NCBI GenBank assembly: GCA_032718475.1
Contig: JAUCBJ010007877.1
Coordinates: 1 to 64,000, forward strand
Length of the DNA stretch: 64,000 nt
Origin: Nemertoderma westbladi
Taxonomy: Eukaryota; Animalia; Xenacoelomorpha
Direction: 5' to 3'
Of the stretch, positions 51,401 through 61,278 are shown piece after piece. The stretch's first letter is position 1. Each line of letters opens with the position of its first letter. Made by a program: the position numbers and the translations under genes. Under the pieces are notes generated by a model. It made no database searches. It had not been told where the DNA came from and was given only the letters and a program-made list of their open reading frames with translations.

Positions 51401-51682
51401 TCCAGAGGAGCAACTCCTCAAGAACTGATAGATACTCCAGGCTGGTTAGGTGGATCCGACTTCTTAAGTAAAGAAGAAGAAGAATGGCCTCCTCATCTTA
51501 CCACGGCGGAGATTAGACAGGCCAAGGGAGCGGAGAAAGTAACACAACAACTCAATCGCCCAGCTGGTCGTTTATGTTTACTGGAAAGAGACCGAAAACT
51601 GTCCGGAAACTATGGAAGGCAAGATACTCTTCCTACGACCACTTCCCTAATCCGACAAATATCTAGGGACTCCATAACGTAA
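48422..51682 (+). CDS. BEL/Pao Gag-protease polyprotein fused in frame to RNase H and integrase-tail remnants
   Basis: KFNGDEMKWLPF..EKLRFLIKCLEG (DUF1759-like Gag); triple Cys-His boxes CALCDGPH..C, CYNCLRSGH..C, CAKCGAKHHILLH; ALLDSGS protease; QWRHC..NPADIASRG; RPAGRLCLLE; no YxDD or DDE motif. Confidence 0.9.
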   Translation: MENLQETQDCINKQLTASQMQMRSRSTPKRQGYTSSEEGETTDPEGGGNRSRLSRRRKTSHRHKLPDLPPAVRRQLASTDLGSTEPTDQIIKVKRLPTIVDEPEIIRPVVPKATPVLETPVLPELNSKFPLHSTTLPVPGRTVHANIPVLDTEREIKDLSPVVPRRPATMLATPASAVEWVEEGRRGMNLLLGQMQETVHQLKGTVRESRAELQEVQQSIALERDKLVNIQKGIPIPPVTLCQPVRSEVLHAQGVEPTRIYTASEVETPIANPIKGDYKPVVNDIPYRPDNDPRNLYTDNSILNNTMAQESFTRQMARTEAHQAVKVGEIVKFNGDEMKWLPFNEYYKDSIQNSVLSNGEKLRFLIKCLEGPPKLMALKFIGHPEGLRQVWDTLNIRYGNKDNIAKYLYAKLVAPRNFLSSGIIEFSDEIQEICRQLDWLGKSHEYQSSMVIGAVVSTLPKGGVCTRWDKKVLYMNEQQRRSPTMADLMSFLDSEVKFQLIKQSREKTSENKVSEKPISRRRIIPVCYTDDGESQASQEEDSGKDTAKSYYDNKTYKDVSKYKARTNDRREQVAKTPPQSPNRMHRRKPEERTRVHQVTQGKVSNIKPNCALCDGPHRLSACAEFLKKSLVDRRTVMWDKRLCYNCLRSGHQRRTCYSDVKCAKCGAKHHILLHSEFERDNPSQVSEPELHVQFSDVNDTDQESEMEGFYTDEFSDANESCYLINTAVYRALTYEKDTDNEFSPTTFDRQPSWKAPTSNVGIREFPVVQVRVHGPNKSYIVNALLDSGSTGTFIDQELAEDIFAGQPKFRTKLNMSGIMQVWKSTLTADYYVGVLSTPQDKLGAQGIRSVKMVAIKNFATTQADLYNWDEDESIQQLKIPRFQTDYPGVQILIGQNAHEALETLEKRPAQPLPLQTYVVRTRVGWYFTGPSRRTLKERLPQQQVYQVKEWEVESSDVDDPTEGTPYSSDNDDINSNVDQWRHCLGTINPADIASRGATPQELIDTPGWLGGSDFLSKEEEEWPPHLTTAEIRQAKGAEKVTQQLNRPAGRLCLLERDRKLSGNYGRQDTLPTTTSLIRQISRDSIT

Positions 51683-53308
51683 TAACATATGGAGTGGGCG
51701 TGTGACTATATCATTTTATATTTGTTTTTATTTTATATTTATGTATGTTTTATTATGTAATTTTATTATAATCGTTTTATTTAATTTTATTTAGTAGAAT
51801 GTTATTTTAGATTATTTAGTAGGTTAGTGCAATATATTAGTGTTTATTACGTAATTACATATATATAATATATATTTAGTGTGACGGCGAGAAATAATTT
51901 TTTCTTTTTCCTTACTGTCCGTATCATATTATAAATACGTGACTACAGTAAGATGAAATGTCCGTACTTATTAAAGTGCAATAAAGCCACTACTATATTC
52001 AAGTATTATTGGTAGGCAGAGTATTAGGAATGCAAAGTTCAGATCCTCGTGTCTCGGCTAAACCAAGCTCTGGGTAGACCTTGGAAACGACTTGCCTCTT
52101 CACACTGACATTGCTTCGTGCGATATTGCTCTTCTACCTTATATTAAATAATACATATAGTAGCGTGATGTCCATATAACAGTAGCGTAAAACGCAAATA
52201 AATCTGTTAAACCTTTTGACCATCTGTAATTCTAGTCGATTAAGATATCGCGGCACCCACCGATATACTTGAAAGACAAATTCTAGAATCAGTGGTTAAC
52301 GTCCCCAGACAAGTTCTGGAATAAATCGGTGCCCATCTTAAATATTAATTTAATATTTATTAAAATCTGTAAAATTCAGATCCTTTAAAATTTCTAGTCA
52401 ATTAAGATATCGCAGCGTTTACCGATACTCTTAAAGGACAATTTTATAGAATTAAGGATCCTCAGTCCCCAGACATGCTCTGGAATAAAAATTGTGTCAA
52501 TTTTAACATCAAATAATAAAATTCACGGGAATAAATTTAAATTCATATTTTAAATGAATTTCATAAATTGTCATTTTGTGCAATTTATAACATTCCCAAA
52601 ATTCCATTAATTAATAGATCATGGGAGCGGAGATTCATCATATTGAGTGTATTAGAGTGCGAGAATCTCCGACATATAGTCAATAGCCAATAAAATTAAT
52701 AAAATCATGTATAAAGAGGATATTGACAATTAAAGAATTACTATTAAATAGCATCCCAGATCTGTATGCATGAGAATTACCCTAATTCTACCGCTAGCTT
52801 TCCATAATGTCATCATAGCAACACCCACGCTAGAATTAGAAGCAAGTTAAAAGAACAATAGAAAGCTTGTCACATTGCATAGCATAGAGAATACATAGCA
52901 CACTGTTAGTATCCAAGGATACACAGTAATAACGTGACATTCTGGAAGGCACTGACTAACGGACAAATGGCCTGTATGTGTACAATTGGTGACAGTTGTG
53001 TGGAATTTGTGCGTTTATAGGTGAATGTTACTGCTAAAGTATGTTTACAGTAGCTAGTCGCAATTGTGAAAGTAGCCCAACTCTCCTATAGAAAGAACCT
53101 AAAGTGGATTCAAGCCTTTGGGACGGACAGTGGAGTGACTTGTGCCGGTTATCGTTGTCGTGCTGTTGCTACATGTTGGCGTAAACACCGCGACGACGGT
53201 ACATCGGCGCTGAGAATCCCACTGTCCGGGGGCAAAGAGAGGTAGGCAGCGACGTCCGCTCGCCTAAACATAAACTCATTTCGATATTAATAAACTCAGA
53301 TAGCAGAT

Positions 53309-54757
53309 ATGACGGAGTTGATAGAAGATGATCTTGGTATCAGGGAGCGATATACTCTACCTTTACAAGCATTTGTGGATAGCTTGATACGCGGTGAAAC
53401 CGATCCAACCATTACGGAGGACGATGGTCGTTATATCGAACCGCCGATGTCCCAAGAGCAACTTACGCGTGAATTGGACTATCGAAAATTCACCGCTCGC
53501 TATACGCATCGTAATAGTACGTATATGGACTTCCTAACTACCGGCCATCCTATCGATTTACATGATACGGACGATGTAGACACCGAAAGGGAAATGGTTC
53601 TATTTAAATATCATACCCAGCGGAGTCGTAACGATAAACCGAGAATAGATCACGAAAATTCTATTCGTAACAGACTGGGAAGACGAACCAATATGCCTAG
53701 AATCTGAGGAGATTCAGCCTATCGCGCCCGGAACAGCGACAACGATTACATCCTAGAATGGTATCAAGGTCCACAGTGTCTCACTGCGTACGATTATCGC
53801 CATGCCAACTATGTTTCTCGGCAATGTTGTCGGTTATGCGCATCGAGAGACCATGTTACTCCCATGGACACAAACGTCCGCTGTTCCTATTTCCACGAAC
53901 AACCGGCGATGGAAATTTATTGTGCGTATTGCAGACTCAATAACTTGCACATTTTTGCAGTTTGCCCTCAATTTATGACTCAATGTCACCATTGTCAACT
54001 AAAGGGACACGCCAGTTTCGATTGCCCTTTTAATCACGATTTGGAAAGCGTAGATGAAATGATCACACTACGTTACATCAGAGCTTGGGAAGCGAACGCT
54101 GATTTACATTGTGATTCGCGCCATCGCTATTATCCTGGACGCGCTTACGAAGGAGTTTATGCGTTCCATCCTTATCTATTCGCTTCTGTCGAACAGAAAT
54201 CACGCATATCGAGTTACGAACTACTGAAGCGCGTCGGAGAATGTATTTCAACCAAGTTCGTACGCAAATTTCTTAGGAGTGTTAATCCTAGCGACCTTCA
54301 TTCCTATAACTTAATCAATTATATCCGTCAGGATCCGGGCTATGGAGACTTATTTGTTAACTCACACCCCGAGTTACAGGAAGTATATCGATGGCCTTAC
54401 GAATACAGAGCCCGCGAACGCGAGTTGGAAAGAACCATTAAACCCAGGAAGTTTCTGACTGCCTATGGTCCACCCACGGCTCTCGTTCAGACCACTCGTA
54501 AAGGACAAGTAAGAGCGGCCGTCCTAAAACGCGCTCTAAAGGCCGTTAGACCCCTCTCTCCCGACGTTGATGTCAACCAACCCGGCACTTCGACCGGCGG
54601 ATACACCGACCATAATCCTACACCCTCTGATGCAATCATATTGCACCCTTCACCCAGGAGTTATAGCCCTCCTTGTAAAGTGGCTCGCCCCAAAGAGAAA
54701 AAGACTCTGGCCAGCTTTAAAAAACTGCGTAAACGCCGTCCGCGCAAGAAAGACTAA
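53309..54757 (+). CDS. Accessory ORF (~482 codons, one in-frame TGA at 53705-53707) with three Cys/His Zn-knuckle-like motifs and a basic C-terminus
   Basis: ORFs 53309-53707 and 53864-54757 are in the same frame with open codons between; CRLCASRDH..C, CAYCRLNNLH..C, CHHCQLKGHASFDC; KKLRKRRPRKKD; N-terminus conserved in the sister copy. Confidence 0.7.
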
Positions 54758-54835
54758 CTGTTTAGAGTATTTACGTATATTAGAAACTGTGATTTTGTAT
54801 ATTTTATAGACTCAAATCCCATTTTCTGGGAGCGG

Positions 54836-55960
54836 TGTAAAAGCTTTTGTGGGATATAACTGGCCCTTTTGCTTTGCAATCCAGTTTCCCCCCAGGCGCT
54901 GGAATACTCTAAAAAGCTCTCTAACTCGAATGATGCAAAGCGACCGGCTGATTGGCTGATTTGTTATATGAGGGGCTCCTTGCTATGTTCTATCGGCCAA
55001 CCAGAGCTATAGCAGCAGAGTATGCAACCAGGGCAACCGAGCGGAGTGACTCATTTTGTGTGTTGGCCAAGGGTTGCAAAAATCCTGATAGTTCGGCATT
55101 TAGATATTCGTGGAACTTGTGGAATCTGGTGCTCTGCCAATGAGAGCTATTCCTCTCTGTGTAAAAAGATACAGTCAGAGAGTTTTGACTCACTCTCTTC
55201 CAGTGCCACACGGCACAGTCCGGCATATCGTATCATTGTTACATTATCAGTACATTGTCATATTATATCTTAACCTACCGTCTTAATGGTTTTACTGTTG
55301 TTTGGTTGAATATTATTTGGAGAACATCTATAAAGAACCCAAATTTCCCAATTTTCTTGATACACTACAGGTTAGAGAGACAGGTTACATATAGCGATTG
55401 CGACTTATATTATCGTGGTTTGTAGTGAGTTTAATGCTATTTGATAGGCACTACATGAGTCAATTGCTGTTCTCTTTATATATGACAAAATTCATTGACG
55501 GTCGGCAGATTAGTGTGCAGTATTGTGCGTTACCGGTAGTGTGCATGATTGTGGCTGATAACTAAGCATTTCCTAAAGAATGCGCCTCATACGTGAATCA
55601 TAAGCCTTACCGACTTACCGTTGTGTTTAGTATAAGTCATATCTCTGTTTACCTAGATAGAGCGCCACGTCCTAAAGGAACTGTTAATATTTCCCGAAAG
55701 TGAATAATATTGGTCAGAAATTATTTATTAACGATCAATCGAATAATACAGTAAGCTTACACTGCAATAACAATCTAAGCCCTCCGAATCCAGTCTCCCG
55801 GGTATATCCAGCGGGTGAATGGACGCGCACTAGGCTGGCTTCGGCTAATTTTGTGTTTATTGGTATTAAATACTTGTCATTTTCTAAAGTCTATTTATAA
55901 ACCAAAAGACATATAAATTTTAGCAGGTTAAACTGCTAAAGGTCTTCAAAAGCGCGTACA
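54836..55960 (+). repeat. 3' LTR
   Basis: Direct repeat of 47184-48308. Confidence 0.95.
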
Positions 55961-56443
55961 AGATTACTTAACGTGTGCTATGCGAGGAGTACATTTAACA
56001 TTACCAATTCAGTGTATTAGATGTATTGAATTTCCTGTTGATCAATATTTTTACTGTTTTCTGGGTGCTTTACAGTGTTTTTCATATGTTTTACTGGTTT
56101 ACTAGTGTTTTCCTAATTTAGAATTATCTTTCTTTCTATACCTAAAAAAAAAACTCCGAAAATCACAATTTCACATTTTGTGTTTGTTTCCAACCTATTT
56201 GACATTATATATTTGCATCTTCCTTAACTTTTATCAAATATACAAAATATCTGGGATTTTCAAAACTGGCATTGCCTTCCCAAAAATTTGAAAATTTCAA
56301 GTGTCGTGAGGCCCGCTTAGAATTTTTCGAAATCAAAAATTGTTTTTTGCTAAGTTAGTTTAGACCAATTTGGCATCAGAAAAATAGTGCTTCCCTTAAA
56401 AATAAAGAACATTTTTTTTCACTCTACCCTAATGTTCGGTGTC

Positions 56444-56911
56444 TCACGACATGACATGACATGACGGCTCTAATAGTGAACCGCATTGCAATGGCAAAAA
56501 TTCCTCCGAGATCTTTCGAGAAATATCGCCAAAATGAATAGCATCCAGCTCCATAAACGTCTCAAGTTGATCCTCCTCAATATTTCGGAGAGATGGTAGT
56601 GCAGCTCGGGCGGAAGTGCGTTCTGGCAGCGATGGTGTGGGAATGCAAGATGGAGGAATGATTGAAGGAAGAACTGACGGTGGAACCGCTGGTACCATCG
56701 AACCTCCTCTCACAATCTTAGTAGGATAGCCAACAGGCTAATGGTTTTCTCAAACTCTTTTACTCTTTGTATACACAAAGTCTTTGTTTGGGATCCCGGT
56801 TACCAATCGGTATCATTCCTGGAGATCAGCTGGAAAGCTGAACACTCTTGTTGTTTCCAACGCTGTATCATAATTAGACGAACAGCCAAATACACAGCAT
56901 TTGAAAGGCAT
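56444..56911 (-). pseudogene. THAP zinc-finger N-terminus of a P-element-like transposase (decayed)
   Basis: MPFKCCVFGCSSNY..RVFSFPAD..IPNKDF..RV*ENH*P..VPAVPPSV read from ATG 56911. Confidence 0.78.
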
Positions 56912-57539
56912 TTTGTTATTTTACCATCATTACAGCATTACAGTACATTAGAGTACCGGTAGTAATTGTACCGGTAAGCTGCAATATACTGATCCTAATA
57001 ATGTCTATATATATAATAATATGTATATATAATACTAGGAAACTATTAGCAACTATTACATCATTAGGAAATATTAGGAAAATATTAGTAACTATTAGAT
57101 TCTTAGGAAATACCTTGGCTTAATTTAACTAGGCCTATTTAAAAGTACCGGTACTGCTACAGCTACAGTATGATAGACGTGCCTTACAAAATTGCGGTTG
57201 TCATTGGCTTGGTACACAGTGCAGCAGTGGTAGCAGTAATAATTTGGAGTACCGGTACGTCTACCTACAATTAACAGTCTGACAGTCCAGCAGTCCTAGA
57301 GTACCGGTAGCATCCGGGCAAACTATGGGTGGCCGTACACTAGAGATGTAAGATGCATGCACCGGTATGGTACGTCAGCCTACGCTAATTCTGTTGCATA
57401 GGTCATTGTCATGGCCTGTTATCTAGTAGGCCATGTGTCTGACACACAATATTCTCCCCTTCACCAGGATTACCATCATTGGGGGAACCCCCTAGAAGTT
57501 CTTCCAAATCGTTTAGCAAATCATTATCTTGTTGTTAAC

Positions 57540-58060
57540 TTCAATGTTCAGCATAGCTGCTAGCGATAACTCGTTCATCTGTGCTAAATCGGCCTGAATT
57601 CGGAGATCCAGAGATCGGTCCTTTTAATACTATCTTCTGGTTCGGATAAAGCATATACGACAACATTAAGATGTCTAGACTCGTGCTCCCTAATATTGTT
57701 AAACATGGACTGTTTAACCTCTGTTCTCACCCTCTCACCTTCTTCCTCGCCATCCAATCTGTTCACTTTCCTGTTGAGCATTTCAACACCCTTTTAAACA
57801 GTGGAAATTCGCTTCGAAGTAGCCTCCACTTGAGAATCCACACCATCGATTCGCCGACTCAATTCCTTTACAGCTTTGTCAAGTTTCGCAGCAAATTTAC
57901 CACATGACTGGCATGCCCAGTAAACAATACACCCGCTTGATTCTGGCGGTTGTAAGTATACTCATCGAGTTCAGGAACACAGCCATTAGTCCCGTGTGTA
58001 ACCAGAGGTCGCACAGTGAACTTTGAACAGTTTTGTCCATTTTTTTTAAACATGAACGCT
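57540..58060 (-). pseudogene. Decayed CR1/L2-group LINE ORF1 fragment (PHD remnant, coiled coil)
   Basis: QCDLWLH remnant; IREHESRHLNVVVYALSEPE motif; frameshifts. Confidence 0.55.
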
Positions 58061-58485
58061 GAATTTTAAACACGGATACTTCCGGATATATTTCACCTCC
58101 CTCCTTCTTATTGGGTGAGCCAGAATTATTATTTTTGCTTTAATTCTTTAGCGACAAGCTTTTGAAAAAGTTGTCTCCGTCGATTTAGCACGTCGATATG
58201 GTTACACCGCAGTTAGTATTCAACCTTATAGTGATTTGATATCGTTTGCAATTAAACAAGATTTTAGTGACACCGACACGAAGTACCTTTAATACAGTAT
58301 GTGGTTGTTTATTTACTCCAAATTTGCGAGCTGTTATAATTAAACTGTGGCCGTTTTCCAAAAGTCTGTGTAGGTTTCAGTGTATGTGTGTGTCAGAAGC
58401 CAATATCAGAATATTTAACTAGTCATAGTATAATTATAATTGTTCGCTGAGATGGACTGCAGTTTTGTTGCACGAAAGCCCCACT

Positions 58486-59671
58486 TGTTTGCGCTTTTGA
58501 AGACCTTTGACAGTTTAACCTGCCAAAATTAGAATGTCTTTTAGATGATATATATTCTTTAGCTTTATGACGAGTATTTGACACACTACATTAGCCGAAG
58601 CCAGTCTATGCGCAATCATTCACCCGTTGGATATACCCGGGAGACTGAGTTCGGAGCTTAATGATTGATGGTGTAAGCCTTCTGTATTATTCGACTGATC
58701 GTAATATATAATCTCTGACAAATATTATTCACTTTCGGGAAATATTAACAGTTCCTTTAGGACGTGGCGCTCTAAATATGTAAACAGAGTTATGACTTAA
58801 ACTAGTTACAACGAAAAGGCTATAGATTAACGTATATGGCGCATTCTTTAGGAGATGCTTTGTTATCAGTTACAATCATACACAATGCTGCACAATACTG
58901 CACACTAATCTGCCGACCTTCACTAAATTTGGTCACGTATAAAGAGAGCAACAGACAATTTATGTTGGGCATATGAAATAGCATTAGATTCACTTCAAAC
59001 CACTCAACATAGGTCGCAATCGTTTATCTGTAACCGGTCTCTCTAACCTTTAGTATATCAAGAAGGTGGGGTGTCTGACTATTGATCAGTATTCCGATAT
59101 AATATTTCATCAACAAATATAATGAACAACAGCAAAAGCAGTAATGTAAGATATGAATTGCATAGATATGTATGATAAGATTGTAATTAACTCGGTAACT
59201 CAAGTTAGTCGTTTGATAACAGATATACGTTCTATAATTAAGCCTACTAATGTAAAGCTAAAGAATGCTGATATACGGAGGTGCTAAAAGCCGATGTTCT
59301 TAGGCTCTGAGCAAAAACATAACACTGAACTACTGAGTTCTGTATACACCTCCAACACAGAGACAAAAAACGCTCTGATTGGTTAACCGAACAACTAGAG
59401 AACAAAGAAACAAAGAAATGTCGACGTGGCAATATCAGCTGTTAGCCGTCGTCATGGTAGCGACACTGTTTTCAAGAGTATCTAGCTTATCGCGTCACGA
59501 GATTGCGGATTATGTCCTCTAAAGTACGAATACAGTGCAAATACAGAAGAAATGACTTTTATGTCCTCTAAAACACCCGTACAGCAAGGACACGGCCTTT
59601 TTATGCCTGGCAAACCAACTACAGAGTACTTTAAGGGAAAATAACCGGTTAATGACGCAAAAGCTTTTACA
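58486..59671 (-). repeat. 3' LTR of the sister copy (1186 bp)
   Basis: Minus strand TGTAAAAGCTTTT...GGTCTTCAAAAGCGCAAACA. Confidence 0.9.
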
Positions 59672-59750
59672 CCGCTCCCAGAAAATGGGATTTAAGTCTA
59701 TAAAATATAACAAATCACAGTTTCTAAAATATAAAAATACTCTAAACAGT

Positions 59751-61278
59751 TAGTCTTTCTTACGCGGACGGCGTTTACGCAGCCTTTTAAGGCTAGCAAG
59801 AGAACTATTTTCTTTGGGGCGAGCCACTTTACTAGGAGGGCTATAAATCCTGGGTGAAGGGTGCAATATGATTGCATCAGAAGGTGTAGGATTATGGTAG
59901 GGGCATCCGCCGTTTCGATATGCTTCTCCTCGAGCTGATTTTCCTCCGCTCGTAGCTGGATACGTTCATCCAAAAACTCTCGCAGAGAATGGGGTTGTCT
60001 AAGCTCGATATCTTCTTAGAGATTCTGGATTTCACAATCGAACTGAGATAAAGACAATTTGTTTATCGCTTGGACTTGCTGTTACAACTTACATTTATCT
60101 GAACAAACGCAGGTTTCCTTTCTGATCTTTGTAGAATATCGTTTAACTCGTTTGGTACAACGTTCTCCGCCACTTTGGTGACAGGTTATATCGTGTTAAG
60201 CCGGGACGATGGTAAGAGTTAAACGGCGATATTAAATGTCCGCGTCCCAATCCGGCTAGGTAGGATGGGCTAATATCTAAGAAGCCCACAACTGGGGTGC
60301 CACCGACTAATTGTTCAGGTAACACTAGATCTTTGAGCAGTGAGTACAGCTCGGGAGGATCCGTCATACTAATAGGATCAAGAGTCTGAGGTCTCACTAG
60401 GGAATGAGGAGCTCTGATCGAGTATTCCGAAACTCTGATCATTGGTTTATTTAAGGATCGTCTGAGTCGAACGAGCGTAGGTGATACATCGAACAAGTTT
60501 CGCTCGAAACTCCCGTAAGTATAGCGAGTAAAACCGTGTTTAAAGCAACGTCTCCGCGGATGTTTATATCTTTCCGTTTGTTGGTTGGGTCTTGGGCATT
60601 CATCGCAATAATACCTTGTAATACCTTGTAATCCCCTTGTAGGGGAAACGCGAGTGATCTTTCTCCAGCTTACAATATTCCTCCATCCGTTCGAAGCTAT
60701 CCGGTACAACAGGTAGCGATCGATAGGCGGTAAGATACATCATAGTGGAATAGAGCCGTTTGAGTTCTACCATGCGGTCATGATGTATACCTTGAGGATA
60801 TCGAGTTTCTAGATTCTGTTGACTGGTAATATCGAGATAGGTTTCTCTCAAGAATTCCAGGTATTTGGTGGAGTCGCTGCGTTTATCCGGCTCTTCGACA
60901 TCTGCACTTTCGAGTCGGTTTCGAATAGAATTTTCGTGTTCGAGTCTCAGTTTATCGTTCCGCTTCCGCTGGGTATGATATTTAAATAAACCATTTCCCT
61001 TTGGTGTCTATATCGTTCGTATCGTGTAGGTCGATAGGATGACCAGTAGTTAAGAAGTCCATATACGTACCATTACGATGCGTATAGCGAGCGGTGAATC
61101 TCCTATAGTCCAACTCACGCGTGAGCTGCTCTTGGGACATTGGCGGTTCGATATAACGACCATCGTCCTCCGCAGCAGTTGGACCAGCGTCGCCGCGTAT
61201 CAAGCTATCAACAAACGCTTGTAAAGGTAGAGTATATCGCTCCCTGATACCAAGATCATCTTCTATCAACTCAATCAT
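59751..61278 (-). pseudogene. Accessory ORF of the sister copy, frameshifted, with a different central region
   Basis: MIELIEDDLGIRERYTLPLQAFVDSLIRG matches the 53309 ORF; continues through ORF pieces 60600-60851 and 60143-60709; C-terminal part matches 54590-54757. Confidence 0.72.

Larger units (their letters stand above)
47184..55960 (+). mobile_element. Complete, young, non-autonomous BEL/Pao LTR retrotransposon (Gag-protease + accessory ORF; no RT or integrase core)
   Basis: 1125-bp LTRs TGT..ACA with about 5 differences seen by eye; 5-bp TSD AGATT (47179-47183, 55961-55965); PPT-like TGGGAGCGG 54827-54835. Confidence 0.93.
45820..56395. mobile_element. TTAA-targeting (Kolobok-like) non-autonomous element with long TIRs, expanded by a nested SINE and LTR retrotransposon
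   Basis: TIR GGGAAGCACTATTTTTCTGATGCCAAAT.. (~230 bp) at both ends; TTAA at 45816-45819 and 56396-56399. Confidence 0.82.

Noticed and set aside
53309-54757. env gene interpretation of the accessory ORF
   Set aside because: No signal peptide, transmembrane segment or fusion-protein pattern visible
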